Origin: Callorhinchus milii
Lineage: Eukaryota
NCBI RefSeq assembly: GCF_018977255.1
Contig: NW_024704743.1
Location: forward strand, 88,166,001 to 88,230,000
Length of the DNA stretch: 64,000 bases
Reading direction: 5' to 3'
The translations under genes and the position numbers were made by a program. Of the stretch, positions 1-12,300 are shown in pieces. Every line of letters starts with the position of its first letter. Position 1 is the stretch's first letter. The notes under the pieces are model-generated. The model had not been told where the DNA came from and searched no databases. It saw only the letters and a list, made by a program, of their open reading frames with translations.

Positions 1-341
1 CACGCAGCTGTGCGTTTATAGAACATAGAGGAGGGGGAGGGAGAAACACGAACAGACTGGAAGTTAGACAGCAGAAGGGGATTAAAATGCTGCTCTTAAG
101 AAGCAGCTCGATTCTGGAAGTGCTGTCTTAATGGCAGATCACGATAAGACACGAGGAGAGGAGGCTGGAGCTCTGTGTCTCTCTCTCTCGCTCTCTGTGC
201 TGAGAGCAGATGGCAGCAGAGAAGGAAAAGTGTTTGAGCTGAGCCAGACTGACTGAGAGAGAGTGTGAGGGAGGGAGTGTGTGAACAGCTCAGGGCAGCC
301 AGGCTCAGGCTTGGGAAAGCATCACTAGAGATCAAGCTGCA

Positions 342-2112
342 TACACACACAAACAGAGCTGTGCTGCCTCACACACACAAACAGAGCTGTGCTGCCTCAC
401 ACACACACACACACAGAGCTGTGCTGCCTCACACACACAAACAGAGCTGTGCTGCCTCACACACACAAACAGAGCTGTGCTGCCTCACACACAGAGCTGT
501 GCTGCCTCACACACACACACACACAGAGCTGTGCTGCCTCACACACACACACACACAGAGCTGTGCTGCCTCACACACACAGAGCTGTGGTGCCTCACAC
601 ACACACACAGAGCTGTGCTGCCTCACACACACAGAGCTGTGCTGCCACACACACACAGACACACAGAGCTGTGCTGCCTCACACACACAAACAGAGCTGT
701 GCTGCCTCACACACAGAGCTGTGCTGCCTCACACACACACACACACAGAGCTGTGCTGCCTCACACACACACACACAGAGCTGTGCTGCCTCACACACAC
801 ACACACAGAGCTGTGCTGCCTCACACACACACACACACACACAGAGCTGTGCTGCCACACACACACACACAGAGCTGTGCTGCCTCACACACACACACAC
901 AGAGCTGTGCTGCCTCACACACACACACAGAGCTGTGCTGCCACACACACACAGAGCTGTGCTGCCACACACACACAGAGCTGTGCTGCCTCACACACAC
1001 ACACACAGAGCTGTGCTGCCTCACACACACACACACAGAGCTGTGCTGCCTCACACACACACAGAGCTGTGCTGCCACACACACACACAGAGCTGTGCTG
1101 CCACACACACACACAGAGCTGTGCTGCCACACACACACAGACACACAGAGCTGTGCTGCCTCACACACACACATAGAGCTGTGCTGCCACACACACACAG
1201 AGCTGTGCTGCCACACACACACACACAGAGCTGTGCTGCCTCAAACACACACACACACAGAGCTGTGCTGCCTCACACACACACACACAGAGCTGTGCTG
1301 CCTCACACACACACACAGAGCTGTGCTGCCTCACACACACACACACACAGAGCTGTGCTGCCTCACACACACACAGAGCTGTGCTGCCTCACAGACACAC
1401 ACACACAGAGCTGTGCTGCCTCACAGACACACACACACACAGAGCTGTGCTGCCACACACACACACACAGACACACAGAGCTGTGCTGCCTCACACACAC
1501 ACAGAGCTGTGCTGCCTCACAGACACACACACACACAGAGCTGTGCTGCCTCACAGACACACACACACACAGAGCTGTGCTGCCTCACAGACACACACAC
1601 ACAGAGCTGTGCTGCCTCACAGACACACACACACACACAGAGCTGTGCTGCCTCACACACACACACACACAGAGCTGTGCTGCCTCACACACACACACAG
1701 ACACACAGAGCTGTGCTGCCTCACACACACACACACACACACACACAGAGCTGTGCTGCCTCAAACACACACACACACACACAGAGCTGTGCTGCCACAC
1801 ACACACACAGAGCTGTGCTGCCTCACACACACACAGAGCTGTGCTGCCTCACACACACACACACACACACAGAGCTGTGCTGCCTCACACACACACACAC
1901 ACACACACACAGCTGTGCTGCCTCACACACACACAGAGCTGTGCTGCCTCACACACACACACACACACACACAGAGCTGTGCTGCCTCACACACAGAGCT
2001 GTGCTGCCTCACACACACACAGAGCTGTGCTGCCTCACACACACACACACAGAGCTGTGCTGCCTCACACACACACACACAGAGCTGTGCTGCCTCACAC
2101 ACACACACACAG
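342..2112. repeat. Compound minisatellite: about 59 units of AGAGCTGTGCTGCC(T) each followed by variable (CA)n
   Basis: Directly visible; units counted by hand. Explains all the HT/ELCC/RAVLP/QSCAA ORFs and their reverse-strand counterparts. Confidence 0.98.
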
Positions 2113-2983
2113 AGGGAGAGAGGGGTTGGGGGGGGAGAGAGAGACACTGCCAACTCATTGTTAACATATACTTGACCTCCTAACCCGTTCACGACACAGA
2201 TGTCTGCTCTACCTCTTTCACCCCCCTCTGGCTAAACCCCACCCACCCTCTGCTGCACCTGGGGAGGAGAGCCCGAGCCCGAGCCCGCACACCCCTCCCT
2301 CCCTCCCTCCCTCCCTCCCACTGCTCGCTGCTAACAAGAGTATCCACCCATCCATCCACCGCTGCACATCTTTCCATATGGAGGGCCACTGGAGTTGGCC
2401 TTCTGGTTATTAACTGTCTTGACATCTTGGGGGGATCGAGACCCCGATCGCCTGCAAAACAACAACAGCAACAAAAAGAGAGAGAGAGAGAGAGAGAAAA
2501 GCCCACAGCTCACTGGTGTCCAAGGAAATAACTCGTTTGTTTATTTGTTTTTGCCCCCTTTTACCTCTTCTCATCACTCTCTCACACACACACACACACA
2601 CACCCCCACACACCCCCCAAAAAAAAAGTTTGAAAAAGAAAGATATTTTACTCCCCTTTCTGTGAAGTGTGTGTGTGTCCCCCCACCCCCCCAATCCACA
2701 CACACACCGACCCCTCCCACACACACTCCCACCCACCCACCCAAGTTCCCCACAGTCTGGTTGTTGCTGCTGCTGCTGTTGGAGAAGCAGATCAGGAAGT
2801 TTTCAGCCTTTGCCTCAGTCGGTGCTGAGGGTTTGTGTCGTGTGAACGTGTTGGACGCTTTCTGCTGAAGGAAGGAAGAGCTTCGCTTCCATCGCTTCCA
2901 CTCTGTATTTTTTTTTGGTGCGTGTGTGTGTGTGTGTGTGTGTGGGTGAGATCTGGAGCTCCTGCAACTAAACACACACACGA
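2113..2983 (+). promoter_or_regulatory. Probable distal promoter / 5' UTR region of RUNX1T1
   Basis: C-rich sequence that retains CpG, with (CCCT)n, (GA)n, (CA)n and (TG)n tracts directly 5' of the first coding exon. TSS not determinable. Confidence 0.55.
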
Positions 2984-3011
2984 ATGGTGGGAATCTCTGG
3001 ACCTTATCAAC
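2984..3011 (+). CDS. RUNX1T1: RUNX1T1 distal first coding exon (MVGISGPYQ + 1 nt, phase 1)
   Basis: cgaATGG start, strong donor AAC|GTAAGT at 3012, phase 1 matches exon 31464 (gives ...PYQ-H-RTEK). Resembles an MVGLSGPVQY-type N-terminus recalled for vertebrate RUNX1T1. The 5' boundary of the exon is not determined. Confidence 0.8.
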
Positions 3012-3326
3012 GTAAGTGCACTTCCCGTCGGGTTTTCGCCTCCTGTTGTTTAATGTTGTTTGGGCGTCAAGTTTTAAAACGATCAGAGAGAGAGAGAGAG
3101 AGAGCACTTTGGGGCTCCAGTTGTGAATTGCTGTGTGAACTGAGGCAGCAGTTTTGCTCTTGTGATCCGCTCATTTCCACTCCCGAGATCCCCCCTTTTC
3201 ATTTTTTTTCCCTCACTTGATTTTACCACAAAGCGCCAGAAAGTACTGTCAAATCAATTGCGAAGAATCTCGTGTGAAATATTAATTCGAGGTCCTGTCG
3301 ATCCAGACTGGTGACCCATTCAAATA

Positions 3327-3359
<33 letters not shown>

Positions 3360-6300
3360 GAAATCACTTAATGGAATATTTAAGCCGCTTAAGATGTTCT
3401 TGTTTTCCTTTTTATTTTTTTTCTGTACTTAAAAAAATATATGAACCGTTTGGGTTGGGACTCGAAGCCAATGCCCGGGTCACACTGAGAGGAGCTGCGA
3501 TACGATGGTGGACTACATCTGGTGGAGTGACCTGAACACAGCTCTCTCTCTCTCTCTCTCCCTCTCTCTCTGCGCGTTTAAGATGAATATTGGGGCTATA
3601 TTTAAGTGCCTGTGGTTTGACTTCACCCCTCGTGTCCTTCTGTCAAAACAAATGTCTTCTTTGCTATTCGGACTTTCAGAAATGGGAACACAGTTTTCTG
3701 GTTGGGATCAACACCAGTGTATGCGGTACATTGTGTGGGACTTTCCAGTGATGGGTCTGAACGTTACTGTACATTTGATTTATTTTACTCACCAGTGTTT
3801 CTAACTCTCTTTTAGGCAGTCTTTTTTGTTACTCTATTTTCAGCACTTTAATCCTGTCATCCAGGAGGCTGTGCCTCTCTCTGGCTTTGTTTTACAAAGG
3901 CTACAGTTATGTGATATAGTAATGATAGGAAAGGGGCAATAGGGGGAGAGAGGGGGGGGGGAGAGGGGGTGGTTGTGGGGGGGGGGGGGGGGAAATGGCT
4001 CCACCTGGAGAGTGAATGGTGGGGGAGTCAGGGCTGATCTCCCTTCCCTGTCCAATCCTGTTTTCTCCCCGTACAGAAAATGTATTCTAAATGCAGAGTA
4101 TTGAATGCAAAGCCCAATTCATTAAGGTTCTTAGTGACTGCATCACTGTTGTGAGTCGCTCAAACTGAAAGAAAGTTAGCATCTGCAACTTTGCATTTGA
4201 AAACATTGGCTGTCACAATTGTCAGTTTCATCCTTTGATGCGCTTTGATGATTCTCCCAATGCAGTTCATTAATGGAGATCTCTCGGTTGCTAAATGGAA
4301 GGTTAATATATTATTTTGAGCTTCAGATTTCAATTAAAAAAGCCTTGGTCTTTGTTCGGTGGGAACTTGTCATGTGCTGTGATCAAGATGCCTTATCGGT
4401 TAAATAAAAGGTGACTGAGAACTTGCATGGCTGTGGAGGTTGGTTTGCCTGGTTCCTGGCAGCAGACACTTGCAGATAAACAATCGGTTTGTGGTGTGTC
4501 AAAACGTGGAAGCTGGTTTCAGAAATTTATGAGCATATTTTTTTATTAACGTGTAACGTGTGCATCCAGTTACCATCTGCACTTTGCTTTGAAGCGGCAT
4601 AAAATAACTTGGCTAAAAAAATTATTTGCTGTCCTTGTTTTGAAAATTGTCCTGGTTACATTATTTATGCATCTTTTTGAATACAGTCTTTCAGCTTTAG
4701 GCCTTGATTTCAAAGCCACTTGGTCAAATACGAAACATTCACGTTTGTGAGTACAGAATTCAAGTGTTTTGATCAAGTCCCAATTTGTTTTTGTTACTGG
4801 CGGTGCGGCCGTACACAGGTGTGTTGGGGGGTTGATGGGGGGTGGGGGGGAAAGAGAATTTTTTTTACCATCTGTTGCATGCACAACATTTTCCCTGAAC
4901 TGGGTATCTGCTTCTTTTGAAGGGTAAAACAATCCCAGAAACAGGAAAACAAATCTTAAAACCTTATGCTTTCAAATGTCGTTCCTTGAAAGAAGGTTGC
5001 ACTGACTGCAACGTTTGGTTTCAAATACATTATTTTTTAAATAAGACGTGTTATAAATCTATTCCAGGTTGTGAATAGTTTTGTTCTCCAGATGGGATCA
5101 CTTATTGAGGTGAATCAGCATGTGGCTGTTCAATTGAGTATGGGATGTGTGCCTACACCACTGGCAAGGCAATCCTGATCTCTCTTCTTTCAGTGCTGGA
5201 TTGTCCTAACACTTGTCGGAGATGCTTCACTATTCACTGGCACTGCGAGAGAATTTGCATTCCTCTTGTTTTCTTCAGTTTATCCTGGATTGATGAATGT
5301 GATTGAGCTGTTTAAAATTATACATTTCAACAGTAGGTTTAACATTTTTTTAAAAAGGGTGGGGGTTGGGCTGGGTGGGTGGAAGGGAATTAATAAGGCG
5401 GTTTAAAAAAAGCTAATGAATACCTAGTTCCAATAACAATAATTAATAATAATCAAATGTTTTTGATATAGTGCCTTGTCATGTCATCAAAACTTCTAGA
5501 AGCGATTACAGGAATTTACTGTAAAATGTAGTGACTGTGTATTTGTGGGTAATGAATAGCATCATAGAATACAAAAGCAAAGTCTTTAATACAAATTGTA
5601 TACAAATACAAGGCTTTGGTTAGGCCACAAAGTCCTGTTAGTGTATCTCCGACCAGTGTTAGGACAATGTTCTGAGCACCTCACTTTAGGATATATGTCA
5701 CAGCTTTAGGGAGGGTGCAAAGACCATCACTAGGAAGATGTTAGGGATAGGAAATTTTCCTTTTGAGGAGACTGGAGAAATTAAGTTTATTTCCACTAGA
5801 ACAAAGAAGGTTGGGAGAAGATCTGATAGAGTAGTTCAAAATTGAGGGGTTTTTGATAAGATAAAGAATGCGAAACTATTTTAACTTGGTCAATGAATTG
5901 GTAACCAGGGCCATAAAATTATGACCATTGCTGAAAATGCAGAACAAGAAGTTGGAATATTGTTTCACAGAAGGGTTATGAGGATATGGAAATGTTTCAC
6001 CAAAAATGGTAGTTGAGACAGTATCATTAATAATGTTTAAAAGGAATGAGACAAATATTTGAAAAGGGTATGGAAAAAGGTAAGTGAGTGGAACTAGACA
6101 CATGGTACTTAAGAGACAACCATCGCAGGCACGATGAGCCGAATGGCTTTCTTCTGTGCTGAACAGTTCTATTATTTTATATGTTGTCAGAGAATTCTAA
6201 CTTTTGAAAAACATTTCTTTTGCACACACTACAAAGAGGAAGTAATTATTCCTGATCTTAGTTGAAGTAAAGATATCCCCCCTGTAAATTTGGTTTGTCT

Positions 6301-9300
6301 GTCATAATTTTCACGCCGTTTGGCATGCTTTAAATATTGCTAGCTTTGAAGCCAAACAGAGCATAAACAGTCAAAGATGTTCTCAAGCTCAGCACCTACT
6401 ATAGGGAGGAGAAGGGCTAGCAGCCCCTAGTGAGGATACAGTGCTATAAACCAGTTTTTTTTATAAAAAAGAGCACAGCATCAAACGGATTCAAGAATTG
6501 ATTCATGATTATGTTTGCCAATAAACCATTGATGATTATCATTTATCAAAAAAGGAAGGTCCCTCCCATTGCACAAATTCTCGTGACCTTGAGTAGTAAT
6601 ATGGTGGAATGATCTTCAAGGAATTTGTAATGTAGATGTAATGTGTGAGAATTTGAGGTTGTCATATCTAATTAAATACAGTTTAATTGATAATGCCTTG
6701 TTGCTTCTCTAAGTGTCCTCATGTAATATTTCTGTAAAATCAGAGTAATAATACATTATGCCATTTTTATTTGAAACTTTTTTATAGAAAGTAAACTTGC
6801 ACAGTAATTTGAATAGAACTGCCACTATTATACAACATAAGTACAAGTTGTGGCTGTACTGCTATTTCGGGTTTTTTTTTTAGACTAGGCTGGTTTGAGC
6901 TGGGTGAATTATTTAACGGAGGAGCATTTGTTGTGGGGATCCGTAGGTGCTAACTGTTGAGGAGAGTGCAGTACTTTACATGGAGTTCAAACAGAGCAAT
7001 ACACTTTTCTCAATTTCAGCAGCCATCTGTATGTATAGAGGCCTTGCACCTGTCAGTCCCCACTAATTATACATGGTGGTGGATGGGGGGGGGGGAGGTC
7101 AAAGAAATGAAATGTGAGCAGTTGCTGTCAAACTATTACTACCACACTTGAAAAATAATTATTTACTACGTGCATGTTTGTCTTTACTAAACTCGTAAAA
7201 AACATTATGGCCATATGATAACTACATTAATTTGTTCAATGCTCTCTGCAGTTTGAGGTTAATGTTTTTGGCAATGCATGTAAAAGCTTCTTATAATAAA
7301 AGCTGCTGCTGTAATCCCAAAATTCAAGGAAACAATTTGTCTGGGAAAAAGCTGTTCTCACAAGGTCACTTTTTTTTTCAGTTGAATATTATTTTCGTCT
7401 GTCATGTCCTCAGTCGTATCAATGAGGCTTTCACATTATTGGATTAGTTGGGGATTTGTGACAGACCTCTTTTATCTCCCATATTCATAGTGGTGCCAAG
7501 TTTTTCATCAACTCTTTCTTATCACAGTTCTGCTTTTCCATTCACATTATGGCGATGCGCTCTCACAATTTGAGCAGCTTTCCACCAGGTGACAGGTGTC
7601 CTGCCTGGCTGCAGTTGGCCGGGAGTCCATTTTCTGTAATCCTCAGTCCGTGTTTTCCCTTTGAGTTGCCAATTAACTTCTCACACACCCTCTGTTTATT
7701 TTCCTGGATCCATCTGGGCTGAGCTGATATTGTAATCACTCTAATGCACATTGCCTTCCCTTCACACACAATGTGCCATCATGACGAGCCTTTTATTTTA
7801 GATAAGCTGAGGAAGTGTGTTTAATGAATACAAACCCGTTGTGCTGGTGTGCACTCTGCCAGAAGGTAATCTCCATGAATAGGTGCTTTCAGTATTTGGA
7901 GGAGATGCATAAGTCGATAAGGCTGGGAGTGAAGATGTAACCTGTTATCTGCTGCTCCTCTTGCTGGCAGTGAATTTACATTTAAAGATTAACATTGAAG
8001 AAAGGCTGCCTTTTGACAAGGTTAGGTATCATTCCTGGTCTTGACAGTATCTGACATCACCTAAACCATTTCTGCAGGACTTCTAAAGGTGAGATTACCA
8101 GAGTCGTTATCTTTAATTGGGTTTAGCATTCCATCTTAGACTGCTTTCTATAGTGTAGAACTAAGTACTGGGAGATGATAATGAGAACAAAGGATTATTT
8201 ATTGATGTGGCTTTATAACCATTAGAATACTAAAGAATATGGTGAGGGTAATGACTTGATTTGCTATTTCATTATGTGTAAATTGCCTGAAAATAGTCTT
8301 GCCTCTCACAGAAAAACTAATAAAACCCTTGAATGAAGAGGCTGAGAGCCTTTGTCTTTTTTTGACAGCGTGCATTTGATAGCAGTCACTCTCCTGCTCT
8401 GTCTCCCAGTGAAGCTGAAGAGACCGGTGTCAGTTTATTTAAATATAGGTAATGATCCTCCGGCTCCACACAGCGCATGTAGTGTGCGAGCCTGGATGTA
8501 TTCCAATTCAGCAAATAGAATGAAAAAAGCTCAGTTGAGATTTGTTTGCTTCATAGGGTAAGTATTGTTTCTTTTCTGTTGTTGTGTATAAGGGTCGAAT
8601 CGCAACTGGTCAATAGATTGAGACAATAGAAACCATTCTTTGTGTCTTACTGACATATTGGCATTTTGTGGTGGTGACTGGCTCAGTGTGTGGTGAGAGT
8701 ATTTTAGGATCCCACTGGTTACAGTACAAGTATATTGCTGTAACTGACCTTTACATCCTTTGCCAATTGACGTTTGTATATTCTTCCTGTGGGGGTGTTA
8801 CTTAAACAGTGGAATTAGATTATGCAAGATGCAAATATGACATTGGAACAAGTGTAAAGCCCCTTTAACTCTTCTTTGTAATTGATTGTACAATAAATGT
8901 AAATTCAAAGCCTGACCCAACGCAGTTCAGAATTGGGTCACATGTCTTATAATTGTTGGTATGCGGATGACTTCTGAGCATATTCAAGACTGTTCACACA
9001 AAAACTGGGGCTTCAGTGATTTCCCTGAAATTCTTTAGGTTCCTGTTTGATCAGCAGGTGCTGCTGACATGAAAGCCATGTGCAAATTATTTGAAGGGCA
9101 AAAATGTGTCAATTGAAAATGAAGTGATAGAAAGAAAGAGCAATCCGTTCTGTTTTCAATTTGAGCAGAGTTTCAAGAGCTATTCTGCTATCTCATGTTC
9201 TGAATATCACAGTGTATTTCTTCATAAATAAATTGATTTTATTGGTCTTAACAGCCTGATTTTTTCTCCCCCAACCCATCCCATCTCCCCCACACAGTCA

Positions 9301-12300
9301 AAAAATATTTCCTGTGGAATATTAATTCTAATTTGCCTCCCCTTGTTTATCTTTTGCCAATGTTTGATATTTGTGGAGAAAATTTGAAGGAAACTAATGA
9401 ACAGTGTAGTATTTTAATGAAACATTAATTAAAAATATTTTTAAAAAACACTGCATTTTTTAAAAAATTGGTTATGTCGAGTCAAAATGGATATTTGAGA
9501 TATTTATATGTGTTGGCCTAAAGGCCTACCTCTTTGACTGCACTTACAGTCATCCACCCCATACCCCTCACCTGGGGTCTGACCATGACATTCCAGATCG
9601 CTCAGATATTATCCTACATGAAGGATGCTATGTAAGTGAGAGTTGTTTTGTTGGGTATGAATTGACTAACATTCCTATGTGAACATTTAATATATTTCAG
9701 ATTGAAAAATGGATTGCACTCTCTCTGCATTGTCTTGTTGGAAGAATAGGAGCAGATTGTGGCCTCTAGTCTTAGAAGCAATAATCTATTGTATTTTTTA
9801 TGCACATTTTGTTATTCAGTTTTGTGGCTTAGTGCAGTTTGGACTTGTGAGTAAGAACAGTAAAATATCATTCCCGAAGTTTCATTTGCCCAACAAATTT
9901 TTCTCTTCTACGATTAAGCAAAGTTTTTTTTCCAAAAAAATGTTTTAATCATCTTTCAATGGTTGTAAATTCTGTGGGGACATAAAATATTGGGGCACAT
10001 CCACCCATTTCATATTGAAAATCTTACAGATGATCCACGTTAACAAATCTGTGAACCCTTTTACTGACTACTGTCGAAAAAATATTGTGCAACGGTTTTG
10101 AAGAAATAAAAGAAAATGGTGTCTGATTTTTACTGAACCCAATAACTATCATATAACCCACTAAAAGGTATGATGAATTTTGAAAAGTTGTAAATGCTCT
10201 TTTGAAATGGCAACCCCATTGAGGTGAAGAGCACTTAGTTGTGAAGCATTTTGATGGGTGTTCACTGCTGAATCAACTGATGGCATTGGTGATGCTGTTT
10301 TTTCCCATACACTTCTGAAAAATAAACTATACAGGTACGATTGAAGCAGTCGTAAGAGTTGGGGGTGGAGAGTAGAGGAGAGAGAGAGAGAGATCTGGGA
10401 CTCATCAGACCAAAGCAATGTAAAGAAATATTGTAATGTTTCAGTCTTTAATTGTTACTGCCTTGCCTTAAGGCGTTTTAAAAAGTTGGTTTGCTACATT
10501 GCTTTCATGGTCAGACGCTCAGCAGATGAAATCAAAAAATCATGTTTGCAGCTGGGCAATTACAATGGTGCCCAAGATCTGTGACTATCGAGCATGAACA
10601 CAGATGCCTTCAAAGTTGTATTTTCTTGCATGTGGAGGTTGTTGGCATGAAACAGATGCCTTCATTTTTTTTGAGAAGCCAGCCTGTGGATATAATTGGT
10701 TCTCTCTTCCCATCCTCCAGGGAGAGTCTCTCACAGATGAAATCAGATGAGAAATATTTCACACAAAGCAAACGTATTCATGGTTTTAGCAAGTCTTTTC
10801 TGCAGAAATAGTCATTGACTAGATTCCTTCTATTGCAAAGTTTTAATAAAAGGCAAAGCGTGTATTTTTTTAAGTGTATTGTTGCGGAATGACATATCTG
10901 GTCTGGGGACACTGTAAGCTAATGCATCAGTTCATACACACCGAATTGTATGCAGACTATGAAGGGGTTTAATGCTCTTGTCTAGCAAAGCATTGCATTG
11001 CTTTTGAAATTAGTACATTTTAGCATATGGTTGGAATCAATCAAAAAATATTTTGTGTGTGCAAGTGATTACATACCATCTGTCATAAGACCTCGGTTGG
11101 CATCGGTTTTTGTTTCACATAATGTCACAGCCACAAGAACCATTTTATAAGAAAACAATGATAGGTTATTTCTTTGTAGTAAGGGGAACTTGGAGCCCAG
11201 ATAAACATATGGTTTTCATCATTTCACAGAGCTGGTGAGAAAAATGGTGCTGCTGTTGTGTGTTGGAATGATAACAATTCAATTTACTTGTTTTTCCGAC
11301 TAACACGCTGCATTTCATTTTGTGGCTCACCTCTTTTAAATGTTAACCTATTAAAAGTTTTTTTTCTCCAAAAATAATTTATTTATTAGTTTGCTAAAGT
11401 TCCACAGGTGAGCTGCCTAAAGAAGGTGGAGCCTCACAGAAATGATGGAAATAATGGCAAATTAGGTCAGCTGGATTGAAAACTGGCTGAGAGGTAAGCA
11501 GCAGAAGGTGATGAGAAATGGAAAAAGCTCTGTCTCGGGCACAGTGACTGCTGGAATTCCTTAGAGGTCTGTTCTCGGTCTGTTGTTCACACTATTTGTA
11601 AATGGCATGCAGGAGAATGTTTCTTGTAACATTGTCGATGATATCAAGCTATGTGGCTATTTTAACAAATAGATAAACAGCTAGGGCAAATGATCTGGCC
11701 CACTTGAACAGTCTGGCTGAGAAGTGGTAAATGGATTTTAATGTAGACAAATATAAGGCAATGTGTGGGTGTGTTGGAACACCAAATGTGGAGAAATGTG
11801 AAACTCTGCTGATGTGCTGTGGAATTACTCTATACCAGAAGTGTAGGCTTCCGATTTCTGGTGCTGACTGGCCAGCTTACTGTGCATAGGGCACTTGCAT
11901 GTTGCACAAATTGCGACTCCAAGGACACTTCCTGTACATAGCATGCATGCGGGATCAGACTGCATAAGGATATCCATTACCAAAGGTGAAAAGAGGAATG
12001 ACACTCTTTTACAAGAAGCTTCCAGACCAGCTTGTAGTTCTTCTTAGTGGGATTCCATAATAAGGAATCTAAGTCATTCAAATGTGAACTCATTCCAAAA
12101 TATGTGACTCTGAGCTGTGGGAACTTGCAGATCGACAAGAATGATTCCAAATGAGGACTTGGGACTATAAGTCATAGGTTGAGATGCACTTTTGCTGCAG
12201 GAATTATGGATCTTGTGATTTTAAAAAAATCAAAGGACTTAAATAGCTTTCTTTTACCTTTTGCAAGAATGTAATTTCTGTGGTAGCGGAGGAGCACTAC

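Noticed and set aside
342..2112. CRISPR-like array (constant repeat with variable spacers)
   Set aside because: Spacers are only (CA)n of different lengths, the repeat is 14-15 bp, there are no cas genes and the context is vertebrate.
265..2183. Long His/Thr/Cys-rich ORFs (303, 591, 568 and 264 aa)
   Set aside because: They arise because the tandem repeat lacks stop codons; all frames give the same low-complexity peptides and the starts are GTG, not ATG.
8352..8561. ORF ending at a strong donor (AGG|gtaagt at 8558) as another coding first exon
   Set aside because: The ORF is phase 2 at the donor and the phase-1 frame has TAG immediately before it; at most a noncoding exon, with no further support.
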